Assembly: GCF_009914755.1 (NCBI RefSeq)
Contig: NC_060939.1
Source of the DNA: the human T2T-CHM13v2.0 reference genome, Homo sapiens
Length of the DNA: 64,000 nucleotides
Strand: one strand, 5' to 3'
Both the position numbers and the translations under genes were made by a program. Positions 25,781 to 38,721 of this stretch are shown here, in pieces (position 1 is the first letter of the stretch; every line of letters begins with the position of its first letter). The notes beneath the pieces were generated by a model. It searched no databases, was not told where the DNA came from, and saw only the letters and a list, made by a program, of their open reading frames with translations.

Positions 25781-26547
25781 CTTCTTATTGTTAAGTACAG
25801 GAATGCAATGTTGGATGGTCTCTAATTTGCCACACATGTAAATACTGTTATTTTAAATTTACTGCATCAGTATTCCATTGAGTCCTACAAAAACTACTAT
25901 GACCTCCGGATAATCCATCATGTTTTCTTCAGTTAACAATTAGAAAAGAGTTCAGACTTCCTTTCTCCCTGAGCAATGCAAACAACACAGAATCATGACC
26001 TTCATCTTACAGAATGAAGGTTACATGGACAGGAATGAAGGTTACATGGATAATAACCAGCAAAAATATTTATTCAACATTTTCTGTGGATTTTTGTGTA
26101 AATGACATTTTTATGGGACATAGATTGGAAAGTGACGTAACTTTAATTACGTATCTGTAATGAGTGTAAAGATTTTACAAAACAAACTGAAAACTATCTG
26201 ATAAAATATTCCAGTGAATATTATAAATATTTCAACAGTATTAGAATTCACTATCTCTCAGTGTTGTTTTTATTCTTCTTCTTTGCTAACACTATTTCTT
26301 CATCACTATGTTAATGAAATATTTTTTCACTGATTCTTTGTTCCACTGCCATGTCTTTATTTAATCATTCAGCATTAACTTTTATTGACCTCAGAACTTA
26401 TTATCTCTGTGCTCTCCATAGTATAAAGTACTGTACTACTGTAATTATAAGCTATAATTTGATTCAGTATTTCAATCGCTTTTTAAATTGTTATTTGCAA
26501 ACTCTTAGTCTCATTATATATAAGTCAACTGTTAAAGTTAGTCATAG

Positions 26548-27010
26548 CTAACTTTTATTGAGTTTATATTATGTGCCAAGTATTGTACAAACCACTTTAC
26601 ATGCTATTTATTATTCACCAAATCCTCTGAGGTAAGTATTATTACCTTCCATTTACAGAGAAGAAACTGATGCTCAGATAATTTAAATAACTTTTTTTTA
26701 AATTAAATAACATGTTTTTATATCTGGTAAGTGTCAGTAGTTCTACTCAAATCATCTTTAACTGAAGTTCAGGACTGTGTGGTCCTCTTGAGATTTCAAT
26801 ACTTTATTACACATAAATAACACTTAGATTATGTCTGATCCTAATTTTATAATATCTAATTTATTCTAGCAAATTGTCTATTTCCTCATAACAATATAAA
26901 TATACACCATGGCTGAAGGGACTTTGTTATACTCATCCTTGTTTTTCCAGCAAACAGCACACTGCCTGGTATATAGTGGAAACACAATAAATATGTATTA
27001 GATGAATAAA
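26548..27010. mobile_element. MIR (minus) and L2 3' end (plus)
   Basis: 'ccatttacagagaagaaactgatgctcaga'; 'cacactgcctggtatatagtggaaacacaataaatatgtattagatgaat'. Confidence 0.65.
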
Positions 27011-27898
27011 AGAACAATAACTGATAAAATTTTAAAAATTACTTTTTGCCTGAAAATTGGTATCTGAAGAGGTAGAAATGCTGTGCTTCTGCCATCTGTC
27101 TAAAGGAGCAGTCACAGCTTCTGTTGTAAGCAGATATTAACAATACAGGGAAATCCATCAAAGCTGATAATTAGTGCAAGATTTACTTTAAAAACAACAC
27201 TTTCTATTCTGAACTAATTGTAGACACCTAGGAAATTGCAAAAAGAATACATAGAGTTCTATGAACTTTTTTAAACACATAATATATAATAACTGTAGAG
27301 AATGTAGGGAAAAATAAAGATACAAAGTTAAAAGTAATGACTTTTTCCATAATGAAAATAGTAACCATTGCTGACATTTTAATGCACTGCCTCCCACAAT
27401 TGCCTATGTTGTCTATGTACAGGCATTTCTAAAGGATTGGAATCAAATTGTATATGATTACTCTCCTAATAGTTTCACTTGGTATTATGATATGAGCATT
27501 TTTCTATTATATTAGGTAGCCTTGAAAAATGACACCATGACTCCTAACTCCTATTGCTTTAAATGAATTTACCATAAATAATTTAATTACTCTATTTGAG
27601 TATTTGATTTGTTCTTAATATTACTATCATAAATAATGCTGCAATAAACAGAAAAATCATTTATGACAGAGTTGTTATTGACTTAGGATACATTCCTTCA
27701 TGATAAAATATTTAATAAATAATATAATTATTTTAAATATTATTGATTCATGCCGACACATTTATAACAAAAGAGAATTCATTGACTTTCATACAAGAAA
27801 GTTTATGAGTATGATATTAATTAACTCTTATCAAAAGTAGATCTGTCTTTTTAAAAAGCTTTGCTAAGATGATAAACAAAAAGTAATATTTTAGACAT

Positions 27899-28930
27899 TG
27901 TTACTTGGAAACCATACTGCCACTGGCGGGGGCCTGCCTTGTCCTGGAAAACATCTGTTAGTGCATCTGGGGCCAGATAGCTAAGCCAGACCTGGGACTA
28001 CAGAAGCCCAAAGACTTCAGGCTTCCTTTCAGAAACTACTTCATCATACTTCTCTAAATACTCATATTTGATGGACAGCCCTGAAGAACGTTCTAGGGAA
28101 ATTAGACACCAGGGAGCCATCTTATGGCACTTGATAGAATCAGACCAGTGAGTAGAAGCAGATCTTCCCACGTACAAAGATATCAAGCCATCATACCATC
28201 TTAACCAGGTCTTTGTGATAAGTAGCTTTCAGCAATGATAGGCATAGCTGTATTTTAGGAATAAATACTTCCGGGAAATGCCGTCAAGTCACACAACCCT
28301 CTAAGGGATTCCATATACCTTCAGCTGTCTCAGTCTTCTGGGGAGCCAGGGGATCTTTCTTAGCTTATGTTTCTGCATGGGGGATCCACCTATAATCAAC
28401 CCAGGCTACTGATCTGACATGCAGACTGCCTATGTCATCCATCCATGGATGGTATTTCAAAACTCAAGCAGCTCAGCTCCTTAATCTTTCATGTGGGGCT
28501 ATCTTGCAGACAATCTCTGGGTGGGACGTATACCCCAGCTACCTCAGTCCCTTTAATCTCATAAACGACACCTCCAGACATTGTAGTACAGCAAGATGCC
28601 AGTCTCCTACTAAACGAACCTCTGGCACTTCAACGAGAGATTTATCCAGAGTAATTTCTCACGTAAGGGGTAATAATGGCTATCAAAATTGGTTTCTGAG
28701 TTTATACCCAAGCTTTCCTGCCATCCAAAACTATGCCCTCTCAACCTTATTTTAGCCCATTCCCAATTCCTCTGTGCCCCCAGCCACAATGTGATTGCTG
28801 CTGCCACAGTTTTGAACACTGATTTACCTCCCCTCCTACCGCAAACTACTCCAATAATTAAAGAACTATGTAGTCTAATGAGCCCTTCCTGCAAGTTCTG
28901 CCTGGAGACAGTCATGTTTTAAATGTAACT
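27899..28930 (+). mobile_element. Ancient solo LTR (LTR78/LTR79-like)
   Basis: Inverted termini TGTTAC...GTAAC(T), about 1.03 kb, more GC-rich than the flanks, degenerate poly(A) signal 'aataatta' near 28853. Sequence recalls the LTR78/79 consensus (from memory). No clear TSD. Confidence 0.6.
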
Positions 28931-29806
28931 TTGTAAATGTACCCCAGGTATACTTACTGAATTGAATAACACATACTTTTCTAGTTCACAGTATTCCTAT
29001 TATCTACCCAGGCAGGGCTTCTCCTTTGCTTTTTAACTCTTTATTCCCCAAACAGGCTACATTTTATCGAAATCCATAAGGTATGTTATAGGAGAACTTC
29101 AGCTTCTCTTGTGTTAGAATAACTAGCATCAGACTTGCCTTTCTGCCATAAACAACTAGACTACTAGATAAAAGTATATTGAACAACTCTATTAAACATT
29201 TGACTACGGAAAGCCATTTTAGACATTAGACTTGTATACACGGCTGCCATCCCTGAGAGAAAGAACATACATGAGGTGAGTTCTGTGATTATCCTAATGT
29301 TTTACACATAGGACCATTCTAGTGTACCAGAGGAAGACAGGCAGCCCAAGCAGAAAACTTTAGTCACACTGAGTTGAGGAGACAGAGATTAAAGGTGGGG
29401 AGAAGAGACGAAGGTGGTCAGAAGGTATGGGGCAAAGTATAGCAGAGGAGGAAGATTGGCAAATTATCGTTTCAGATATCTGCACAATGATCCCCTTGAG
29501 TCTCTTCCAGACAATAAATGGTAGCATACATAATAAAACTCCACAAAGTTAGGCGAGGCAAAGAATAATCAGATGAACAATTCTGAGAGCTGATAGTAAA
29601 ATTCTGGCAATCCAGAGTGGAAAGATCTTGTAGAATACCCAGGAAATTCATGAGGTACCCCCAAAGAGTAAGGCAAAATTAGTAAGGCTAATCTAGAATT
29701 GCTGTAATAATTTTCAAAACAAAGCCTCAAAATGATTAAGCTAGTCCACAAGTTATACAACTGCTACCCACAAAAAAACTTAACTCTCTTTTAAAAGGAC
29801 AACAAA

Positions 29807-30153
<347 letters not shown>

Positions 30154-30226
30154 CTAAGAAACATAGTAAACAAAGCAGCTGAAAAAAGCCGTAATCTAGA
30201 GAAAAATCAGTCATTAGAAACAGACT

Positions 30227-30765
<539 letters not shown>

Positions 30766-31372
30766 CTAGAAATGCAAAGCTACTCTAACATTAAAAAGTA
30801 AATATTATAATTCACCATATTGACAGGATAATGGGAAAAATATTACATGCTAATCTCAATATATTTCTAAAAGACACTTGGAAAATAGTAACGCACATTT
30901 ATAATAAAACTATCAGTAAACCAAGAATAGAAAAGAACGTATTCGTCTGAAGACCACTTAGGGAAAACATATAGCTGACAGATGGAATGCTGAAGGGCTG
31001 AACCCTTTTGTTAATGAAACACTTGTTTCTCTAAGACTAGAAACAAAACAATGGCTTCCGTTTCACCACTTTTATTCAACATAGTACTAAAGAATCTAGC
31101 CAATAAATGAGGCAAGTTAAAAAATTCACATAGATTTAAAATGTAGAGGTAAAACAATGTAAAGATTTCATGGTAACATATGTAGAGAATTTAAAAACAT
31201 CTACAAAGAAAGCAAATGGAATTAATAAATAAACTTGTAAAGTTTTAGGATACGAGATTATTATACAAAAATCAATTATATTTCTACATACTTGTGACAA
31301 ACAAATGGAAAAAAATTTTTGAAAGAATTGGTATATATAGTGGACACACAACAAATACGTATTGGATTAATA

Positions 31373-31443
31373 AAAGGACATTAACTGATAAAATTTTATA
31401 AAATTTATATATATTTATAAAATTTGATCAGTTAGTGTCCTTT
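31373..31443. repeat. Inverted repeat: 30-bp arms, 11-nt loop
   Basis: 31373-31402 matches the reverse complement of 31414-31443 at 28/30 positions. Confidence 0.92.
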
Positions 31444-33494
31444 ACAATGGCATGAAAACCATAAAATGTGTAGAAATAGGTATTACCATGTGCAAGATAT
31501 GTGACAACTCTAAAACTTAGCTGAGAGAAATTAAGCCCTAAGGAAACAAAAAGATATGTCATTTTTATAGATGGGAAGATTCAATACTGCTAAGATATTA
31601 ATTCTCCCCAAATTTATCTGAAAATTAACACTGGGTAGTTATTTAACACTACTCAGTTCAAAATCTCAAAAAAATTTTGTGTAAAGATTTAAATGGAAAT
31701 GCAAAGGACTAAAATATACAAACTAACTAAAAAAAAAAAAAACTAGAAGACAGAGTTTACTCAGTGTATGGATCTATTTTCAAGACATAAAGCTACAATA
31801 ATGAAGGCAATATAATGTTGGTAGAAAGACAGGCATACAGATCAATGAAACAGAAGAGAGAGACCGAAAATAGATCCGTAAGTATATTATTAATTACTTT
31901 TTAACATTTTGACATGAGTAGCAAAAAAAATTAATGGAGAAATGATAGTGTTTTTCACAAATTGTGCTGGAAATCCTATATTCATACGGCATAAACAAAT
32001 GAACCTTCACCTTTACCTCACACCATACACAAAAATCAACTCAAAATATAATTAGCACAATTAATCTTTAGAGATAGAAAGTAGGTGAATGAGTGTCTGT
32101 GGTTGAGGTGGGGGAAAATTGACTGCAAAGAAACATAAGGGAACATTTTGGCATTGATTGAAATGTTCTATATCTTTATTTTAGTGGTGCTTATATTCTT
32201 GTGTATATCCGTCAAACACATGAAGCCATATCCTTAAAGTGACTGACTTGTATTGTTGTTCATAAATTATAGCTAGAAAGTTAATTTTAAAAAGCTAAAA
32301 TGATGTGCATACTCCTGTAAAATATATAAAGGTGTTTTAAGTGTATCTTTCAAATTTGCCTAAATGAGGTTGTGCTGTAAATCTCATTTTAAAAACTTTT
32401 TTGTCATGCAGTAGTTTTCCAAGACCTACCCTATGTTGTGTTTATTGTTTATTTTGTCTGGTTATTTAAATTTATAGGAATAAAATTATGATATTTCTAC
32501 CATATTTAAAAAAATTTGTTATTTCTCTAATTATGTTCCTCTTCTGTCCTAATATTGTTTATCTGCGCCTTCCCTAGGTTAAAAAAAAATCTCAGTTGAG
32601 TTTTTTATTTTACTATCTTTCAAGAAACAAGTTTGTCTTTTAATTATCTTCTCTTGAATATTTTGTTTCTCTTGTTATCTTTATTTTCTTCCTCATTTAT
32701 TTTGGGTTCACTTCCATTTCTTACTTAGCAAGCCATGTAGTTGATAAGCTTTACCCTTTATTCTTTTTTGATAGAAATGTTTTATAATATAGATTTCTCC
32801 CTAAAAATACATACAGTTTCAGTTGTACCCCATAGTTGTTATAGGTCATATTTACGTGATTGTATTAAAAAATCACTATTGAAGTAAAAGTCAAGTTTTA
32901 CATTTGTCATAGAATTATAGTAAATAACTCTCATCAAAGCAAAATTACCTTTGGATTTTTACCTCTCTACTGATAAACTATACATATAATACTTTAATAT
33001 CGATGATATAATGGAGTGGTAATTATAATTAAAATATAATAAAAATATAAAACTCACATATTAGACTTATATATTTAAAAATTTACCAAGAACTTTTTGG
33101 AAAATATAGTTATATTCATGTTTAATATGAACAAAAGAGTACTGTCTTGAGTAGCCACAGATTCTTAAACTGATAATTAAAGAGCAATAATCCAAGCTCA
33201 TTTTCATGAAAGAGAAAAGAAGTCCAAAGATATTTTGGGTGTGATTCTAGAAGTCCAGCTAGTTTATTTAAAAGTTAAGTTAAACTTGAAGAAATCTTTT
33301 CTATTTTCAGAATTTGAAACTGGCATGATAAACAAGCCCATGAAGGAAAAGACGATTTCTTTTAATTAACTGTCCTTTGTTCTACTGGCAAGAATGAGCC
33401 TCGGATGGAGTTGGAAGAAAATGAACACACATTGACAATCTAAGTGAAAGCCTGATTTAAGAAAAATTAATGTTCTGCTTAACGTTTATTTATC

Positions 33495-36140
33495 AAATCA
33501 TCAATTGATGGACACTTAGGTTGATTCCATGACTTTTCAATTATGAATAGTGCTGCTATAAACATACAAGTGCAGGTATCTTTTTGATATAATAATTTAT
33601 TTTCCTTTGAGAAGATAGTAATGGAATTGCTAGATCAAATGGTAGTTTTATTTTTAGCTTTTTGAGAAATCTAGATACTGTTTTCCATAGAGGTTGTACT
33701 AGTTTACATTCCCACCAACAGTGTATAAGCATTCCCTTTTTTCTGCATCCTTGCCAACATCTGTTATTTTTTGTCTTTTAATAATAGCTATTCTGATGGT
33801 GTAAGATGATATCTCATGGTGGTTTTCATTTGCATTTCTCTAATGATTAGTGATGTTAAGCATTTTTTCATATGCTTGTTGGCCATTTGTATGTCATCTT
33901 TTGAAAAATATCTATTCATGTCATTCACCAACTTTTTAATGAGGCTATTTTTGTTTTGTTATTGTTGTTGATCTGTTTGACTTCCTTGTAAATTATGGAT
34001 ATCAATCCCCTGTAAGACTTATGCTTTGCAAATATTGTCTCTCATTTTGCAGATTGTCTGTTCACTGATTATTTCTTTTGTTGTGCAGAAGCTCTTTAAT
34101 TTAACTAAGTCCAATTTGTCTATTTTTGTTTTCGATGCTTGTGCTTTTGGGGTCTTAGTCATGAATTCTTTGCCTACACCAATGTCCGGAAGACAGGAAG
34201 ATATTCTCTTAGGTTTTCTTCTAATATTTTCATAGTTTTAGGACTTACATTTAAGTCTTTAGTCCATCTTGAGTTAATTTTTGTACATGGTGAGAAATGA
34301 GGGTGCAGTTTTATTGTTCTGCATACAGAAATCCAGTTTTCCAGGCACCATTTATTGAATAGGTTGTCCTTTCCTCGGTTTGTTTCTGTTGACTTTGTCA
34401 AAGGTCAGTTGGAAGTAGATATTTAACTTTATTTCTGGATTCTCTATTCTTTTCCATTGATCTAAGTGTCTGTTTCTACTCAAGTACCATGTACCTTGTA
34501 CCATGTACATGTATTGGTTATATAGCTTGTAGTATAATTTGAGGTCAGGTAATGTGATGCCCCCAGCTTTATTCTTTTTACTACAAATTGCTTTGGCTAT
34601 TCAGGGTCTTTTTTGGTTCCATATGAATTTCAGGATTTTTTTCTAATTCTGTGAAAAAATGACTTTGATATTTTGATAGGGATTGTATTGACTCTGTAGA
34701 TTGCTTTGTGTATTATGGTCATTTTAACAATATTAATTCTTCTGATCCATGAGCATAGAATGTTTTTCCATTTGTGTTATCTACAGTTTCTTTCATCAGT
34801 GTTCTGTAGTTTTTCCTGTACAGATCTTTCACCTCCTTGGTTAAATATACTATCCGGTATTTTATTTTATTTTATTTTTTATAGCTATTATATATAGGAT
34901 TGAGTTCTTGATTTGGTTCTCCACTTGATTGTTATTGTTGTATAGAAATGTCACTGCTTTTGTACGTTGATTTTGTATTCTGAAACCTTAAATAATTCAT
35001 TTATCAAATCTAAGAGCTTTCTGAAGGAGTCTTTAGGGTTTTCTAGGTATATAATCATATTGTGAGCAAACTGAGATAATTTTGCTTTCTCTTTTCCAAG
35101 TTGAATGATCTTCCTTCCTTTCTTTCATTCCTTCCTTCCTTCCCTCCCTCCTTCCTTCTTTCCTTCCTCCCTCCCTCCCTTTCTTCCTTTCTCTCTTCTT
35201 TTCTTTATCTTTTTCTTTTTTCTTTTCTTTCACCTAATTGCTTTGGCTAGGAATTTTAGTAATATGTTAAATAGGAGTGGTGAAAGTGGTCTTGTCTTTT
35301 TTCAGTTCTTTGGGGAATTGATTTCACCTTTTCCCCATTCAGTGTGATGCTAGCTGTGGGTTTGTTGTATATGGCCTTTATTATTTTGAGGTATGTTTAT
35401 TCAATGCCTAGTTTGTTTAGGGTTTTTATCCTGAATAAACATTTAATTTTATCAAATGCTTTTTCTGCATCTACTGAGATGATCATGAGGTTTTTGTTTT
35501 TAATTCGGTATATGTGATGAGTCACATTTATTGATTTGTGTATGTTGAACTATCCTTATATCACTGGAATAAAATCCACTTGACCATGGTGTATTATCTT
35601 TTTGATGTGCTATTGGATTTTGTCTGCTAGTACTATGTTAAAGATTTTTGCATCTGCGTTCATCAGGGCTATTGTTCTGCATTTTTTGTTATTGTTGTTC
35701 TGTCCTTGTCTGTCTTTAGTATCAGGATCATACTGACTTTACAGAATGAGTTAGGGAGGATTCCCTCCTCTTCAATTTTTTGGAACACTTTTAGTAGGAT
35801 TGGTACCAGCATCTTTGTATGTTTGGCAGAATTTGCCCGTGAATCCATCTGATCTTTGACTTTTTTGTTGTTGGGAGATCTTTTATTAGTGATTCAATCT
35901 CACCACTCATTATTGGTCTGTTTAGAATTTCTATTTCTTCTTGGTTCAATCTTGGGAGGCTGTTTCCAGGAATTTATCCATTTTCCTCGAGGTTTTCTAG
36001 TTTGTGAGTATACAGGTGTTCATAGAAGTCTCTGATAATCTTTTGCCTTTCATCTGTGTCAGTTGTAATGTCTCCTTTTAAAATTCTGATCGTGTTTATT
36101 TGGATCTTCTCTCTTCTTGGTTAGTCTAGCTAGTGGTTTA
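33495..36140 (-). mobile_element. L1PB-like LINE-1 ORF2 segment
   Basis: Antisense ORF2 peptide '[12 protein letters not shown]'; 'ttccatagaggttgtactagtttacattcccaccaacagtg'. No 3'UTR or poly(A) visible. Confidence 0.85.
35110..35230 (+). repeat. (CCTT)n/(CCCT)n/(CTTTT)n polypyrimidine tract
   Basis: About 120 bp of nearly pure pyrimidine within the L1. Confidence 0.92.
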
Positions 36141-36966
36141 GATTGTTACTTTCTAAGATGGACTTAATTTTTAATAGACTTATTTTTTAGATAACGTTTA
36201 GATTCACAGCAAAATTGAGTGAGTGGCAGGTACAGAGATTTCCTATATACCCTCTGGCCCTACATATGCACAGCCTCCCCCATTACCAATATTCCCCACC
36301 AGAATGGTACAATTGTTACAATTAATGAACCTACATTTACATGTAATTGTCACCCATAAGCCATAGTTTGTATTTGAGTTTACTCAGTGTTGCACATTCT
36401 ATGTGCTTGGAAAATTGTATAATGACATAGATCCACCATTACAGTACAATACAGAATAATTTCAGTGCTATAAAAATCCTTGGTACTCTGCCTATTTATT
36501 CCTCCCTCTCCTCAACCTTTGGCAAGAACTCATCTTTTTACTGCCTGCATAATTTTGCCTTTTACAAAATGTTGTATCATTGAAATCATGCAGTATGTAG
36601 CTTTTCCAGATTGGCTTCTTTATCTTAGTAATATGCATTTACATTTCCTCCATGTGTTTTCATTGCTTGGTACCTCACTTATTTTGGGGGATGTATAATA
36701 TTCTATTGTCTGGAGACATCACAATTTATCTATCTACTTACCTACTAAAGGACACCTTGGTTGCTTCCAAGTTTTGGAAATTACGAATAAAGCTGCTATA
36801 AATATCCATGTACAGGTTTTTGTATGGACGTAAGTTTTCACTTCTTGGGTACATGTCAAGGTGCACAAATGCTATATCATATGGTAAGAGTATGTGTAGT
36901 TTTATAAGGAACTGCAAAAATGACTTCCAAAATAGTGGTACCATTTTGCATTCCAAACAGCAATGA

Positions 36967-37317
<351 letters not shown>

Positions 37318-38407
37318 TTTTTTTTTTTTCTTTTGACTACTCTAATAGGTATGTAGTGGTATCTCATTGTTCTTTTAATTTGCATCTCCCTGATGACATA
37401 TGATGTCCAGCATTTTTTCAAATGCTTATTGTGAATAGAGCTATATTGTTATTATCTATCCCTATCTCTTCTCAAGTGAATTGTCTGTTAAGGTCTTTAA
37501 CTCATTTTTAATTGATGTATTTGCATTCTTATTGTGGAGTTATTTGCATATTTGTAATAAGTCTTTTACTGGTATGTCTTTTGCAAATATTTTCTTAATC
37601 TGTGGCTTGTTTTTTCATTGTCTTGACAATGTCTTCCACAGAGTAGAAATTTTTAGTCTTAAAGAGGTCCAATTTATCAATTCGTTCTTTCCTGGATTGC
37701 TCCTTTGGCATTGCAACTGCAAAAATCTTCACCAAGCCCCAGGTCATCTAGTTTTTCTCTTATGTCATCTTCTAGGAGTTTTATAGTTTAGCATTTTACA
37801 TTTAGGTCTGTGATACAGTTTGCATTAATTTTTGTAAAGGGGGTATTGACTGCATCTAGATTCAGATTTTGTTTTTTGTTTTGTTTTGTTCTGTTTTTTG
37901 TACGTGGATGTATAATTGTTCCAGCACCCATTATTTGAAAAGACTATTGTTTTTTCAATTGTATTGTCTCTGCTCCTTTGTTAAAGATTAGTTGATTATA
38001 TTTAAGTTTATTTCTGAGCTCTCTGTTCTCTTCCATTGATCTGTTTTTCTGTTCTTTTGCCAATACAACACTGTCTTGATTACTGTAGCTTTATAGCTAG
38101 TCTTGAAGTTGGATAGTGTCAGTCCTTCAACTTTGTTCTTCTTTGATGTTGCATTGGCTATTCTGGATCTATTGCCTCTCCATATAATTTGTATTTAAGT
38201 TTATTTCTAAGCTCTCTATTCTCCTCCACTGATCTGTCTGTTCTTTTGCCAATATCAGCTTGTCTTGATTACTGTAGCTTTTTAGTCATGAAGTCAGATA
38301 TTCTCAGTCCTTCAACTTTGTTTTTCTTTAATACTGCATTGGCTACTCTGGATCTTTTGCCTCTGTGCATAATCTTTAGAATCCAGCTTTTCAATATACA
38401 CAGTATC

Positions 38408-38689
38408 AGTGGAGTGCAGTGTCTCACACCTATAATCCCAGCATACCAGGAGGCTGAGGTGGGAGGATTGCTTGAGCCCAGGAGTTTGAGAATAACCTGG
38501 ACAACATAATGAGACCCCATTTCTACAGAAAATTTAAAAATTATCTGGGCATAGTGGTGCTTGCCTGCAATCTTGGCTATTCAGGAGGTTGAGGTGAAAG
38601 GATTGTTTCAGTCAAGAGCTCAAGACTATATTGAGCCATGATCACACCACTGCACTCCAGCCTGGGCAAGAGAGAGACACCTAGTCTAA

Positions 38690-38720
<31 letters not shown>
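38408..38720 (+). mobile_element. AluJ
   Basis: 'gggaggattgcttgagcccaggagtttgag', long A tail, flanking 'cacagtat' repeat. Confidence 0.92.

Positions 38721-38721
<1 letters not shown>

Noticed and set aside
33311-33445. Plus-strand acceptor-like 'ttttcag' followed by a purine-rich stretch
   Set aside because: Stops in all three frames and no clear donor.
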